Shown: piece after piece, positions 40,624 to 49,614 of the stretch
How positions within the stretch are numbered: position 1 is the first letter of the stretch
How the letters are laid out: each line of letters starts with the position of its first letter
Assembly: GCA_965230295.1 (NCBI GenBank)
Contig: OZ246001.1
Location: 800,001-864,000 of the forward strand
Direction: 5' to 3'
Length of the DNA stretch: 64,000 nt
Origin: Marinicella sp.
GTDB taxonomy: Bacteria > Pseudomonadota > Gammaproteobacteria > Xanthomonadales > Marinicellaceae
The notes under the pieces: generated by a model
What the model was told of the DNA's origin: nothing
Seen by the model: only the letters and a program-made list of their open reading frames with translations
The model's database searches: none
Position numbers and translations under genes: made by a program

Positions 40624-40939
40624 AACCAAAAGCTACCACTTATATATCTTACTGTGTGACAACAAGGTCTTATATACAGGCATCGCTATAGATCCTCATG
40701 CCAGACTATTACAACATCGGCAAGGAGCGCCTTATGGAGCCAAGTTCACCCGCAAATTCAAACAATTAGAGATCGCCTATCAAGTCGAAGTCGGTGATAA
40801 AGTTTTGGCTCACCAATTGGAATACCGAGTCAAGCAGCTAAACCGAAAACAGAAGTTACAAATCATCACTGACCAAATGAACATCATTGAGATATACTCA
40901 ATGGTTGGAATCAAAATACCTTCAGCAAGCCATGAATGA
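40616..40939 (+). CDS. GIY-YIG nuclease family protein (YhbQ/UPF0213-like)
   Basis: YHLYILLC....LYTGIA.D...RL.QH..G..GAKFTR, A...E..VK.L.R..K. Confidence 0.88.
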   Translation: MDETKSYHLYILLCDNKVLYTGIAIDPHARLLQHRQGAPYGAKFTRKFKQLEIAYQVEVGDKVLAHQLEYRVKQLNRKQKLQIITDQMNIIEIYSMVGIKIPSASHE

Positions 40940-40947
40940 AATCAATG

Positions 40948-41289
40948 TCAGGAATTGAATTCTGCATGATCTACGATGTTGTTGACGATTTTATTCAAAT
41001 CAAAATCATCATTGTAAACATCCACAACTATCACCAAATGAGTCACCGATTCTGAATGGTTAGTGATCAGGGAATCAACCAAAATTTCATCATCTTCCAA
41101 AATCAATCGGTTGTTACCTAAATATTCGAATGCTTCAAAAGTGATGTCTTTTGTTTGATCGGGTTTCGATTGGGATGAAAACAAAAATGCCGACCATTGA
41201 GAAGAATTAAAATAGCGCTTTTTGAACCGCTCAGTCCCTATGTTGAGGCTCGTTTCTATTTTGATGCTGTTGCCAACGACTACATTCAT
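40948..41289 (-). CDS. Hypothetical protein (113 aa, acidic)
   Basis: ATG with AAGGG RBS, fills the gap, no recognisable motif. Confidence 0.6.
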   Translation of the reverse strand: MNVVVGNSIKIETSLNIGTERFKKRYFNSSQWSAFLFSSQSKPDQTKDITFEAFEYLGNNRLILEDDEILVDSLITNHSESVTHLVIVVDVYNDDFDLNKIVNNIVDHAEFNS

Positions 41290-41369
41290 AATCCCTTAAT
41301 GATAGCCAAAAAACAAACACCTAAATTAAAAACAATGTAAATTATAGTTTCTTGCTGATGTTGCTCAGT

Positions 41370-42791
41370 TCAATAACCCATTGAGATGCGTTGTCGTATT
41401 TTGGCCTTTGGCGCTGTGTTATTGAATTTGATCCCACCGTAATAACTGTGTTTGATACCCAGATCTAATAACAAATCATCGTATTCAGGATAGCGCATGC
41501 GTTTCACTTCTTGTTCATATAAATTTGTAAAAACTTTTGTTTGGGTGATTCTGTCCAGCTCTGAGAACAAAGATTTCGCCGACCAACTTTTTCCAGTATC
41601 CAGGCAACAGTCTTGTAAACCCGACAATGCTTTAGATAAATTCATCTCGCCATTGGTTTGCTGTTGTAAGGCCACATCCGCTTTAAGCGCTATCACCGCA
41701 CCACCCCAATACATCTGCATGTTATTCCTCCGCCCGGCTTGTTTGAGCTTCGGTGCCGACCTTTGATTGGCAGATTTCCTGCCCCGTTCAAAACCTGCAA
41801 TCAGCTTACTCCATGCCGTGGATTCATCCAGCAAGCCACCACGTAAACGGCTGATGTTTTGGTGGTAACTGGCAAAACCCTCAGACAACCAACGGTCATT
41901 TGGGGTGTATGGCATCAATAAGTGGCTGAACTCGTGCGCTGCTGTCCAGTCACTGAACAGTTTCTGTTTGTTTTGTGTGGGATTAACCACCAACAAGACA
42001 CCTTGCCCACCGGCTCGATTGACCTGCCCCCAGGGCACAGGCCCTCCAGACCCTGTCATCATGACCACCAAAACCTGAATGTCTTTAAGAGGAAATGTTT
42101 CTCCCACTTGGGCCACTGTTCCTGCCATTTGGGTGATCCACTCTTCGATCAGGTTATTTTTATGCCGGTTTTGACCAAACATGATGGCCAACCTCAATCG
42201 CGCATCACCCAGTTGAATAGGCCTCACATCCATTGGGCCAATGGCTAAAAATCCATTGGCATATTTTGGGGTGGGTTTGATCTGATAAGTGGTTTGATTC
42301 TGGGTTCTTTCAATTAATTGCCAGGGTGCTGACACTTGAATGTGTTCACCGTGGTTGATGGTGATTTTGGGCAATGGCCTGGATTTGTGGTCATTGGCTT
42401 GCCACATCCAATCGTCTACTGACAACAACAAGCTATTGGGGTGTTGTTTTTTGAAACGGCTGGATCGCCTGTTATTGGTATCGACTTGGGGTTCAATGGT
42501 GTACCTCAGGCAACCTGAAGCGCCTTCAGGTAATGAAGCATAACCTCGGGAAAATCTGATTGGCTTATGCTGCCAGCTTAATTCTTTGGTGGCCGCAGTT
42601 GTGCTGTCATCAGTGGCATATACATACGAAGGAGCCTGAGCGAAACACTGTTTCACGCGTAATGTTTTTTGTGTAGATTGGTATTCGACATTGATATCAG
42701 CAATGGCAAAAGACGCTAAAGATGTGCTGAACAACAGCAGAACTAACAGGTAAGGCTTTGAGCTAACATTCATAGATTTGATCCAGTTCAC
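41370..42791 (-). CDS. Secreted gluzincin-type zinc metallopeptidase (M1/M61-like)
   Basis: Signal peptide, AAHEFSH, third ligand in WLSEGFASY, YWGGA. Confidence 0.8.
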   Translation of the reverse strand: MNWIKSMNVSSKPYLLVLLLFSTSLASFAIADINVEYQSTQKTLRVKQCFAQAPSYVYATDDSTTAATKELSWQHKPIRFSRGYASLPEGASGCLRYTIEPQVDTNNRRSSRFKKQHPNSLLLSVDDWMWQANDHKSRPLPKITINHGEHIQVSAPWQLIERTQNQTTYQIKPTPKYANGFLAIGPMDVRPIQLGDARLRLAIMFGQNRHKNNLIEEWITQMAGTVAQVGETFPLKDIQVLVVMMTGSGGPVPWGQVNRAGGQGVLLVVNPTQNKQKLFSDWTAAHEFSHLLMPYTPNDRWLSEGFASYHQNISRLRGGLLDESTAWSKLIAGFERGRKSANQRSAPKLKQAGRRNNMQMYWGGAVIALKADVALQQQTNGEMNLSKALSGLQDCCLDTGKSWSAKSLFSELDRITQTKVFTNLYEQEVKRMRYPEYDDLLLDLGIKHSYYGGIKFNNTAPKAKIRQRISMGY

Positions 42792-42860
42792 CGCCCCTAA
42801 CGATTACTGAGACCATCTTACCCAAAATAAATTCAAATTGATGTGAATTTTTTCCCTGAT

Positions 42861-43343
42861 TCAATCCGTGGGGCATTTAAAAACATCGAAATACCAGATG
42901 TTGATGATCAACTGATCTTTGATTTGATAAACAGACAGGCTGCACTGAGACTGCTTGTTACCTTCGGCATCTTGCCACAGAGCCCGCTCAACTTGATGGA
43001 TAAAAGTCCCATTTTGTGTTGAAGAAATCAACTCTGATCTGGCATGTGGCTTATTGTCAAAAAAGGGAGGTAAAAATGCTGCCAAGGCAGGCTTTCCGGA
43101 AGTTTCTGTATAAATGCTGTCATTGCTGATATACATATACCGGATATCAGCATGAACCCATTGCAACATACCAGTCACATCATGTCGGTTGTATGCATAG
43201 ACAAACTGCTCCGCAACATTCTGTTCAGTCAGTGCTTGAGGGTTCAATTGATCGGGTTTCCGGTCTACACCGTGACAACTCAGTAATAACAAACAACCCA
43301 TGTATGTCAGGTACCTGAACATAAGATCAATCGGTGTATTCAA
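42861..43343 (-). CDS. SnoaL/NTF2-like lipoprotein
   Basis: LLSC lipobox, FV.AYN.HD...M, GK.AL, SVYQIKD.LI..IWYF. Confidence 0.75.
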   Translation of the reverse strand: MNTPIDLMFRYLTYMGCLLLLSCHGVDRKPDQLNPQALTEQNVAEQFVYAYNRHDVTGMLQWVHADIRYMYISNDSIYTETSGKPALAAFLPPFFDNKPHARSELISSTQNGTFIHQVERALWQDAEGNKQSQCSLSVYQIKDQLIINIWYFDVFKCPTD

Positions 43344-43917
43344 AAATCTTAACCACCCTTTCTACACCACGCAGGTGTCTGATCCGGTCCACCACCGCTT
43401 CAGCTTCTGCTCTGCTGACAATGCCCATGAGATAAACCTCTCTGTTGGCAGTGGTTATTTTCACCCTGGATGGGTTGAAGTCCGGCAAATCTATTTTTAG
43501 CAGCGAAGCTTTGGCTTTGGAACCGATGTAACTGTCTTTGGTGCGACGACCAAATTTTGATATATCAGCGACCAGTTTCAATTCATTGACCACATTGATC
43601 ACACCATCCTTGATGGCAGCAGCATCTTCTGCCTTGATGCGGTCATCATCGGTTTTCACTTCACCGGCTAACAACACCACCCCATTGTAGGAATCAACTT
43701 TGATGCGACTGTCATCAGCCAAAGACTTGCGCAACTCATTTTTCACGCTGGCAGTGATGATTTTGTCATCCATGACTTGACCTGCCGAGCGCCTGTCGTT
43801 GGCCACATTGACCCCAGTTACGAGGGCACCACCCACAATGACCGGTACACAGGCAGACAATCCACCTGCCAACAGCGTAATCAAGAACAAGGTTTTCAAT
43901 ATCGATAAGTGCTTCAT
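43327..43917 (-). CDS. dolP: Dual-BON domain lipoprotein DolP/YraP
   Basis: LSAC lipobox, DRRS.G..MDD, YNG.VLL.GE, D..I..K.K, EVYLMG.V, GV.RVVK.FEY. Synteny with lpoA-yraN. Confidence 0.9.
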   Translation of the reverse strand: MKHLSILKTLFLITLLAGGLSACVPVIVGGALVTGVNVANDRRSAGQVMDDKIITASVKNELRKSLADDSRIKVDSYNGVVLLAGEVKTDDDRIKAEDAAAIKDGVINVVNELKLVADISKFGRRTKDSYIGSKAKASLLKIDLPDFNPSRVKITTANREVYLMGIVSRAEAEAVVDRIRHLRGVERVVKIFEYTD

Positions 43918-43981
43918 TATGATTCCTCAATAAAAATTTGTTGTTAAGTCAATTTCACAGACTGTTTGGCAGCCATTTAAT

Positions 43982-44344
43982 TCAATAAAACGCATGCTTG
44001 ATCCAGTCTATTTTCTGGTGACCAACAGTGTTTTCTATGGTCACCACATCAAACCTACAGTCCACTTGATCTGACAGTTTATTAACCTGTAAATACTGTT
44101 TGGCTGCTTTTTTTATTTTCAGTTGTTTTTGCATGGTGACTGACTCAGCGGCTTGCGCCCATTCTGATGCTGATCGGTATTTTACCTCAACAAATACCAC
44201 ACAGTGTTCATGACGCATGATTAAGTCAATTTCTCCGGCTTTGGTTGAATAGTTTTTACTGAGTAACTTCAACCCGTGTTTTCTTAAAAAGTCAGCCGCT
44301 TTGTGTTCAGCCCACTGCCCAGAATTCAAGGGCTTTGACTTCAA
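43982..44344 (-). CDS. yraN: YraN family (UPF0102) PD-(D/E)xK nuclease-like protein
   Basis: G..AE..A..FL, GEIDLIM, VFVEVKYR, CRFDVV, WIK.AF. Start uncertain (TTG 44344 or 44329). Confidence 0.92.
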   Translation of the reverse strand: MKSKPLNSGQWAEHKAADFLRKHGLKLLSKNYSTKAGEIDLIMRHEHCVVFVEVKYRSASEWAQAAESVTMQKQLKIKKAAKQYLQVNKLSDQVDCRFDVVTIENTVGHQKIDWIKHAFY

Positions 44345-44367
44345 TAAATAAATCTTGCTCTTCGTTC

Positions 44368-46131
44368 TCAATGCGGCAAGGCAATGACTGATCCATCCGA
44401 ATACTGAGCCCACTCCAATCCCCTTTTGAACTGTCCATCAAATGCCAAACTGACTGTACCTGATAACCCATCAATAATACCGGTATTAACCCGACTCATC
44501 CACTCCAACCTGGCTATCAACTGGTAGGCATCATAACCAAATGCAAATAACTTGTTATTGGCTTTGATGAGGTTTAAATCATAAGGCAATGTTTCTCTTA
44601 ATCGACTTGATTGCAGCTGGATGGGACTCAAGGCAAACATGAGATTCTGTAAATCCCTGTTGTGTTGCTCATTATCTAAACCATCAAATACATGAGAGGT
44701 CGCATAGACTGGAATCTCTGCAGCATGATGAAATTTGAGCTGTGGTACCATCAATCGGGCAAATGCAGGTCTGGCCGCCAAGAAGATGGCATCCACATCT
44801 GACCTCACCACTTCATCAGCTTGTAAATTTAATTTCAGGAACTGTTGGAGGTTTCTGGCCCTTAACTGGCTTTCCACCAGACCCAAAGTTTGTCTCAGCT
44901 GTGCCGAATAATCATTCTGCTGAGGTTGAAAGTAACTGTTGCTGACGATTTGTCCACCCAAATCAACAAACCTTTGAGCAAAGGCTTTGGTCATTCGTTC
45001 ACCCCAGTCTTCATTAGGCGCCATGATCAATACACGTTTGTGACCATCTTGTATCATCCTTTCAGCCACTTGTTCTGCCTCACCTTCAGGTGACAAAGTG
45101 AATTGGAAATAAGGAGCTTCCGATTGATTGAGCAAAACCACTGGAATGGTGGCTTCGGGCATGGATGCTGCTGCTGTAATTGATGCTTTGTCCAAAGGAC
45201 CTATGATCATATCAGCACCATTTTCTTGAGCCGAGTACCAAGCACTGGCCAGCCCTTCTCCTTGACTGCCGGTGTCATAAAATTCAAGTTTATTCTGATT
45301 CCCCGCATCAACTACTGAAGCCGTAAGCAAACCTTTCTGAATGGCCTTGGCCACTTCTGAGAAGCGACCTGAAAACGGCAACAAAACAGCCACCACTTGC
45401 TGAGAGTTGACCTGATTTAAATCCAGAAAATACCTGGCTGCAGGGTGATCCGGCCATTGCAACAACCAATTATCACCTGAAATGCCATCGGCTCCGAAAT
45501 TAACATAAGCGGCTTCAATCCACCCTTGTTCCACCAACCCATATTCAGGATTACCCACAGCTAAAATCAACTCATCGTCATTGATTTGAATTAAACTTTT
45601 CACAATCTGGTCATGTAACAATTCTCGAGCCATCTGATCTTCAATCAAAGGCTCACTGGCAATCAAGGCCAATGTGGCTTGTAGGTGCTGACCCGAGCTG
45701 GACAAACAGTTGGCTTTTAAGCCCCAAAACCTGGGTAGCCAAACATCGCTCAGATATTCGGCATCACCTGTGTGCAAGAGATTCAGTGCTGTTTCGCATT
45801 GCTTGTCTGCCAGAGCCAATTCTGCCTGTATCAAACGTGTTTCTGCGGTCGAAATTTCAGTTTCATTCAACAGTTGCCATATTTGCAAAACCTCACCCAA
45901 TTGGCGCCATGAATCTAACAAGGCAATCAGTATTTCACTGTCTGCAGGATTTCTTTCCCATGCCTGTGTTAACCAATTGCTCGCTTCAAAATACTTTTGT
46001 TGCTGATACAGATCAATGCCATTGCGTTTGGCAATGTCATCATCCTTCCTGATTTGGGTCCCTGAGCCACATGCCACCAAGATTAACACCAAACTGACAA
46101 ATAGCAGGGTCATTCGAATTTTATTTAACAT
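44368..46131 (-). CDS. lpoA: Penicillin-binding protein activator LpoA (lipoprotein)
   Basis: LVAC lipobox, W...WPDHPA, AVLLPFSG, IIGPLDK, LSPEGEA, YATSH, L.AFGYDAY, GLSG. Confidence 0.88.
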   Translation of the reverse strand: MLNKIRMTLLFVSLVLILVACGSGTQIRKDDDIAKRNGIDLYQQQKYFEASNWLTQAWERNPADSEILIALLDSWRQLGEVLQIWQLLNETEISTAETRLIQAELALADKQCETALNLLHTGDAEYLSDVWLPRFWGLKANCLSSSGQHLQATLALIASEPLIEDQMARELLHDQIVKSLIQINDDELILAVGNPEYGLVEQGWIEAAYVNFGADGISGDNWLLQWPDHPAARYFLDLNQVNSQQVVAVLLPFSGRFSEVAKAIQKGLLTASVVDAGNQNKLEFYDTGSQGEGLASAWYSAQENGADMIIGPLDKASITAAASMPEATIPVVLLNQSEAPYFQFTLSPEGEAEQVAERMIQDGHKRVLIMAPNEDWGERMTKAFAQRFVDLGGQIVSNSYFQPQQNDYSAQLRQTLGLVESQLRARNLQQFLKLNLQADEVVRSDVDAIFLAARPAFARLMVPQLKFHHAAEIPVYATSHVFDGLDNEQHNRDLQNLMFALSPIQLQSSRLRETLPYDLNLIKANNKLFAFGYDAYQLIARLEWMSRVNTGIIDGLSGTVSLAFDGQFKRGLEWAQYSDGSVIALPH

Positions 46132-46171
46132 GGTTAGGATTTTACCTCAGAAAACATTAAAATACTGTTCG

Positions 46172-47026
46172 ATGAATCATTCTTCTAAAAACGAAGTTGG
46201 CACTTTATATGTTGTGGCCACGCCTATTGGAAACCTCAAAGACATCACCTTCAGAGCCATTGAAGTACTCAAGTCTTGTGATTTGGTGGCTTGTGAGGAC
46301 ACCCGACACAGCCAACGTTTGTTTCAAGCCCATGACATTCGCAGTAAAACCAAGTCACTGCATCAACACAATGAAAACAGTGACTCAAGAAAAATCATCG
46401 ATTTAATCCTACAAGGTCAAAATATAGCTTTGGTTTCAGATGCCGGAACACCACTGATCAGCGACCCGGGATTTCCATTGGTTAAATTGGCACACCAGCA
46501 CGGCATTTCTGTGGTTCCTATTCCTGGTCCGTCTGCCATGGTTGCTTTGATGTCTGTTGCTGCCATGAACACCCAACCTTTCACATTTCATGGTTTTTTG
46601 CCACCCAAGTCACAACAACGGCTGCATGTTCTGGAAAGCTGGTTACCGCTGAACACCACCCATGCTTTCTATGAATCCTCACACCGGATTGTTAATACTG
46701 TTGATCAAATTGTGACTGTATTCGGTCCCCAAGCAGAAGTGGCCATGGGCCGAGAATTAACGAAAAAATTTGAACAGGTGTTCAGAGGAACAGCACAAGA
46801 ACTACAATGCCTCATCAATGAGGATAAAAACCAACAAAAAGGTGAATTTGTATTGGCCGTTCAGGGCGAATCTAAAGAAACCACTGAACAGTTAACCGCC
46901 AATCAAATAAAATTGGCCAACAACTTAAAGCAACATTTGCCCCCCAAAGTGGCGGCCAAGGTCGTCGCTGATCAATTTGGCATCAACAAAAAACTGGTTT
47001 ATGAATTCATGATAAAGCAAGGATGA
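46172..47026 (+). CDS. rsmI: 16S rRNA (cytidine1402-2'-O)-methyltransferase
   Basis: LYVVATPIGNL.DIT.RA, ACEDTR, VSDAGTPLISDPG, FYESSHR, RELTK.FE, KGEFV. Start moved to ATG 46172. Confidence 0.96.
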   Translation: MNHSSKNEVGTLYVVATPIGNLKDITFRAIEVLKSCDLVACEDTRHSQRLFQAHDIRSKTKSLHQHNENSDSRKIIDLILQGQNIALVSDAGTPLISDPGFPLVKLAHQHGISVVPIPGPSAMVALMSVAAMNTQPFTFHGFLPPKSQQRLHVLESWLPLNTTHAFYESSHRIVNTVDQIVTVFGPQAEVAMGRELTKKFEQVFRGTAQELQCLINEDKNQQKGEFVLAVQGESKETTEQLTANQIKLANNLKQHLPPKVAAKVVADQFGINKKLVYEFMIKQG

Positions 47027-47813
47027 ATTTAACCAATGCAGCCTCCCAACTTGGCCGATGTTGCTTAAAATACCTAAGCATCCCTTGCTTTTTCCAAACT
47101 TTGATCTGTTTGGGCAATTGTTTTGATTGGCCTTTGAGGTGTACCACTTCAACCGAAGGGTCATATAAGACATGCCCCCCGTCTTTTTGCAACCTGACGA
47201 ACAAGTCCAAATCTTCAAAGTGCAAAGGATAGCTTTCATCAAACCCTTTTATCTGTTCAAAAGCGGTTCTTTTCACCAATAAACAGGCACCATTGACTGC
47301 AGTCACTTTTATTATCCCTGCAAATTGTCCCGTATCATTGATGTTAATGCCTTGAAACCAAGACCATCGACTCAGTCCGGTCACATGAAACACGACCCGC
47401 CAGAAAGTCGGTAGCCGGCGCCTGGACGCGGCTTGCAAACCACCGTCTTCATTCAACACTCGACAGCCTATCAGGGCAGCCTTGGCATCATTTTTTAAAT
47501 TTTCAGACAACTTCTGCAGTTGTTGAACAGTCACAAAACAATCAGGATTGATTACCGCGATGAACTCAGCCTTCCCTTGCTTTGCACCCTGATTACAGGC
47601 CTTGGCAAAACCTAGATTCTCAGCATTTTTGATGATTGAGAGCGGCAAGTCCGACGGTAAATCTGCCATCGAGTCATCCACCGAAGCATTGTCAACCACC
47701 GAAATATTCAAACCTTCAGAACCGCCTTTCTGAAGGGTCTTCAGGCATTGGCCCAAGGCCTCACCCGAGTTGTGGTTCACCAAAATAACATCGATAGCAG
47801 GTATGGGGTTCAT
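47007..47813 (-). CDS. GT2 family glycosyltransferase (rhamnosyltransferase-like)
   Basis: VILVNHN, VVDNASVD, NLGFAKACNQG, INPD, GACLL, GFDE.Y.L.FEDLDL. Start ATG 47813 is ATGA-coupled to the upstream gene. Confidence 0.92.
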   Translation of the reverse strand: MNPIPAIDVILVNHNSGEALGQCLKTLQKGGSEGLNISVVDNASVDDSMADLPSDLPLSIIKNAENLGFAKACNQGAKQGKAEFIAVINPDCFVTVQQLQKLSENLKNDAKAALIGCRVLNEDGGLQAASRRRLPTFWRVVFHVTGLSRWSWFQGININDTGQFAGIIKVTAVNGACLLVKRTAFEQIKGFDESYPLHFEDLDLFVRLQKDGGHVLYDPSVEVVHLKGQSKQLPKQIKVWKKQGMLRYFKQHRPSWEAALVKFILALS

Positions 47814-49612
47814 TGTCCCAAACAAAATGCCCACAGTTTAGGCCACACTTCCATGGCTTCCACCACTTCTTTCAAGTCATGACGCGCTTTGGCTACACAT
47901 GATGCTGTATCCATGGTCTCATCCCAGTCTGTCAGAACAGGTGCTTGTGCAGATTTAACGGCCTTACCATTGGCTTGAATGATTTCACGCACATCGGCTT
48001 GCCAGTAAATCGGCGCATCAGGTACTTCATCAAGGATATTTTGTAATGACAACACCAGATTTGAACGGGTTTTGGTCATGTACTCATTCAAACGATTGGC
48101 CAAAGCCTGGTCTTCACAGGTACGCAAGTCATCTATGGCTGCCTTGATGTTTTCAAAACGTGCATTCACATCCAAGGTATAAATGTTGCCCAAAATTGAA
48201 AAAACATAATCCGCCACGAAGTTATTGAAGTTGGGCCTTCTTGCAATGTGATTAAAACCACTTCTTTCACGTTTACTGGTTTGGATGTGCCCCATCATCA
48301 ACGGAAAATGCAGTGAAACCTGATTGGGGTAACAACCCATCATCATGCAATTGAAAAAATGATCCTCATTTTTATTGATAGGCATCACAAATGGTGTCAA
48401 AGTACTGTTATCAAGACCCGATGGTGCGAAATTAGAAAAAGCCAAGGCTTGATAATGGGGAGAGTAGTGTAATAAATGTGACGCTTCAATGTTATCTAAA
48501 TAAGTTTCCCTGTCCTGCCAAAAAGCTTCACGCTGTTCTCCTTTGAGCAAGTACAGCCAATAATTACTTTCCGCTCTTGGGCTGCCCCATGTACCATTGC
48601 CAGTAGATTTGATGATCGAATCTTCACTTAAACGATTTAAATCCATCAAACGCCATCCATATAAATTGGAAGTGGTCTTATCTTCGCCCTCAGCCAACCA
48701 TTGTCCAAAGTGAATACCACATGCATCAACCATCTCTTGCAGTACATTTGTTTCTATCTTTTGACTCTTGTCCTTGATGTCCCTGATGTTCAAACCAAAC
48801 CCCACATCCAATGTGGCATCATCAGCCAAATCAACATTCAAAGGGTCATAATGTGCTGATTTACGTGGTTGAATCAAATAATCATCATCGAAGAATGTGA
48901 ACTTTTTACCTGCCAATGCCAACAAGGCAAAATTCCATACCCGGCCTCCGGTAAAGCCAGCTTGTTCGCTTAACAACCAATCAATTTCTTTGTGATGTTC
49001 AGTGAATTCATTTTTCAACATCGCAATGAATTGATTTTGCCATGACTGACCATGGTATTTGACATTGCACTTGGCATCCTGACAAATCTTTTGATTGGCT
49101 TCTTGTGATTTGATGTCTGAAGAATCATCAAAAACCAAAATGGTGTCATTGCCACCATGGTTCTGGAAATACTGGCTACATGAATCCAGCAACCGTTGTA
49201 AATTATCCGGTCTTTGACAAGTCCTGATCACCATACCTGCGTGTTGGATGTCTCGCTTGGGCGCATGTTTGTCTTTCACTTGATCAAGCCATTGTTGATC
49301 ACTGATCAACAATCCTTTATTTTGCAGAAAGCCCAGAACCTTTTCGATGGCTGCAGACTGACCTTTTAACTCAGGTATGTTGGCTTCAATCAACTGAATA
49401 TGCTCATGCATGGGTTTGAATTGTTGTGTCAGACCCATGGCTTGTAGTACTTGCATGGTCATCACATGATTGACACCAGTCCCATGGTCCATGAAAACCA
49501 GTTCCTCTTTTGACAGTTGTTGTACAGTGCCTGCTACTGACGCATATAAGGTCGGATCCACAGGTGCAGGTGTACTGATCTTCTGTTCGCCAAAATTAAA
49601 TTCAAATTCCAT
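47810..49612 (-). CDS. Uncharacterised 600-aa protein: N-terminal PqqD/RRE-like winged helix plus GT-A (GT2-like) domain
   Basis: ATG 49612 with AAGGAG RBS. GT2-like pattern VIRTCQRP..L.RLL.S, ILVFDDS, GG.VWN.ALL, FTFFDDD, NEDH. Confidence 0.65.
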   Translation of the reverse strand: MEFEFNFGEQKISTPAPVDPTLYASVAGTVQQLSKEELVFMDHGTGVNHVMTMQVLQAMGLTQQFKPMHEHIQLIEANIPELKGQSAAIEKVLGFLQNKGLLISDQQWLDQVKDKHAPKRDIQHAGMVIRTCQRPDNLQRLLDSCSQYFQNHGGNDTILVFDDSSDIKSQEANQKICQDAKCNVKYHGQSWQNQFIAMLKNEFTEHHKEIDWLLSEQAGFTGGRVWNFALLALAGKKFTFFDDDYLIQPRKSAHYDPLNVDLADDATLDVGFGLNIRDIKDKSQKIETNVLQEMVDACGIHFGQWLAEGEDKTTSNLYGWRLMDLNRLSEDSIIKSTGNGTWGSPRAESNYWLYLLKGEQREAFWQDRETYLDNIEASHLLHYSPHYQALAFSNFAPSGLDNSTLTPFVMPINKNEDHFFNCMMMGCYPNQVSLHFPLMMGHIQTSKRERSGFNHIARRPNFNNFVADYVFSILGNIYTLDVNARFENIKAAIDDLRTCEDQALANRLNEYMTKTRSNLVLSLQNILDEVPDAPIYWQADVREIIQANGKAVKSAQAPVLTDWDETMDTASCVAKARHDLKEVVEAMEVWPKLWAFCLGQ

Positions 49613-49614
49613 TG

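Noticed and set aside
40948-41289. Considered as an immunity or antitoxin partner of the adjacent GIY-YIG nuclease
   Set aside because: The genes are convergent rather than operonic, and no family motif was recognised.
44345-44413. N-terminal extension of yraN
   Set aside because: Overlaps the lpoA 3' end. YraN homology starts near GQWAE.
46016-46171. N-terminal extension of rsmI in the ORF track
   Set aside because: Overlaps the divergent lpoA start. RsmI homology begins just after ATG 46172.
47027-47400. Looked for rnpB (RNase P RNA), which often follows rsmI
   Set aside because: rsmI overlaps a convergent GT2 gene, leaving no space, and no GAGGAAAGTCC signature was seen.
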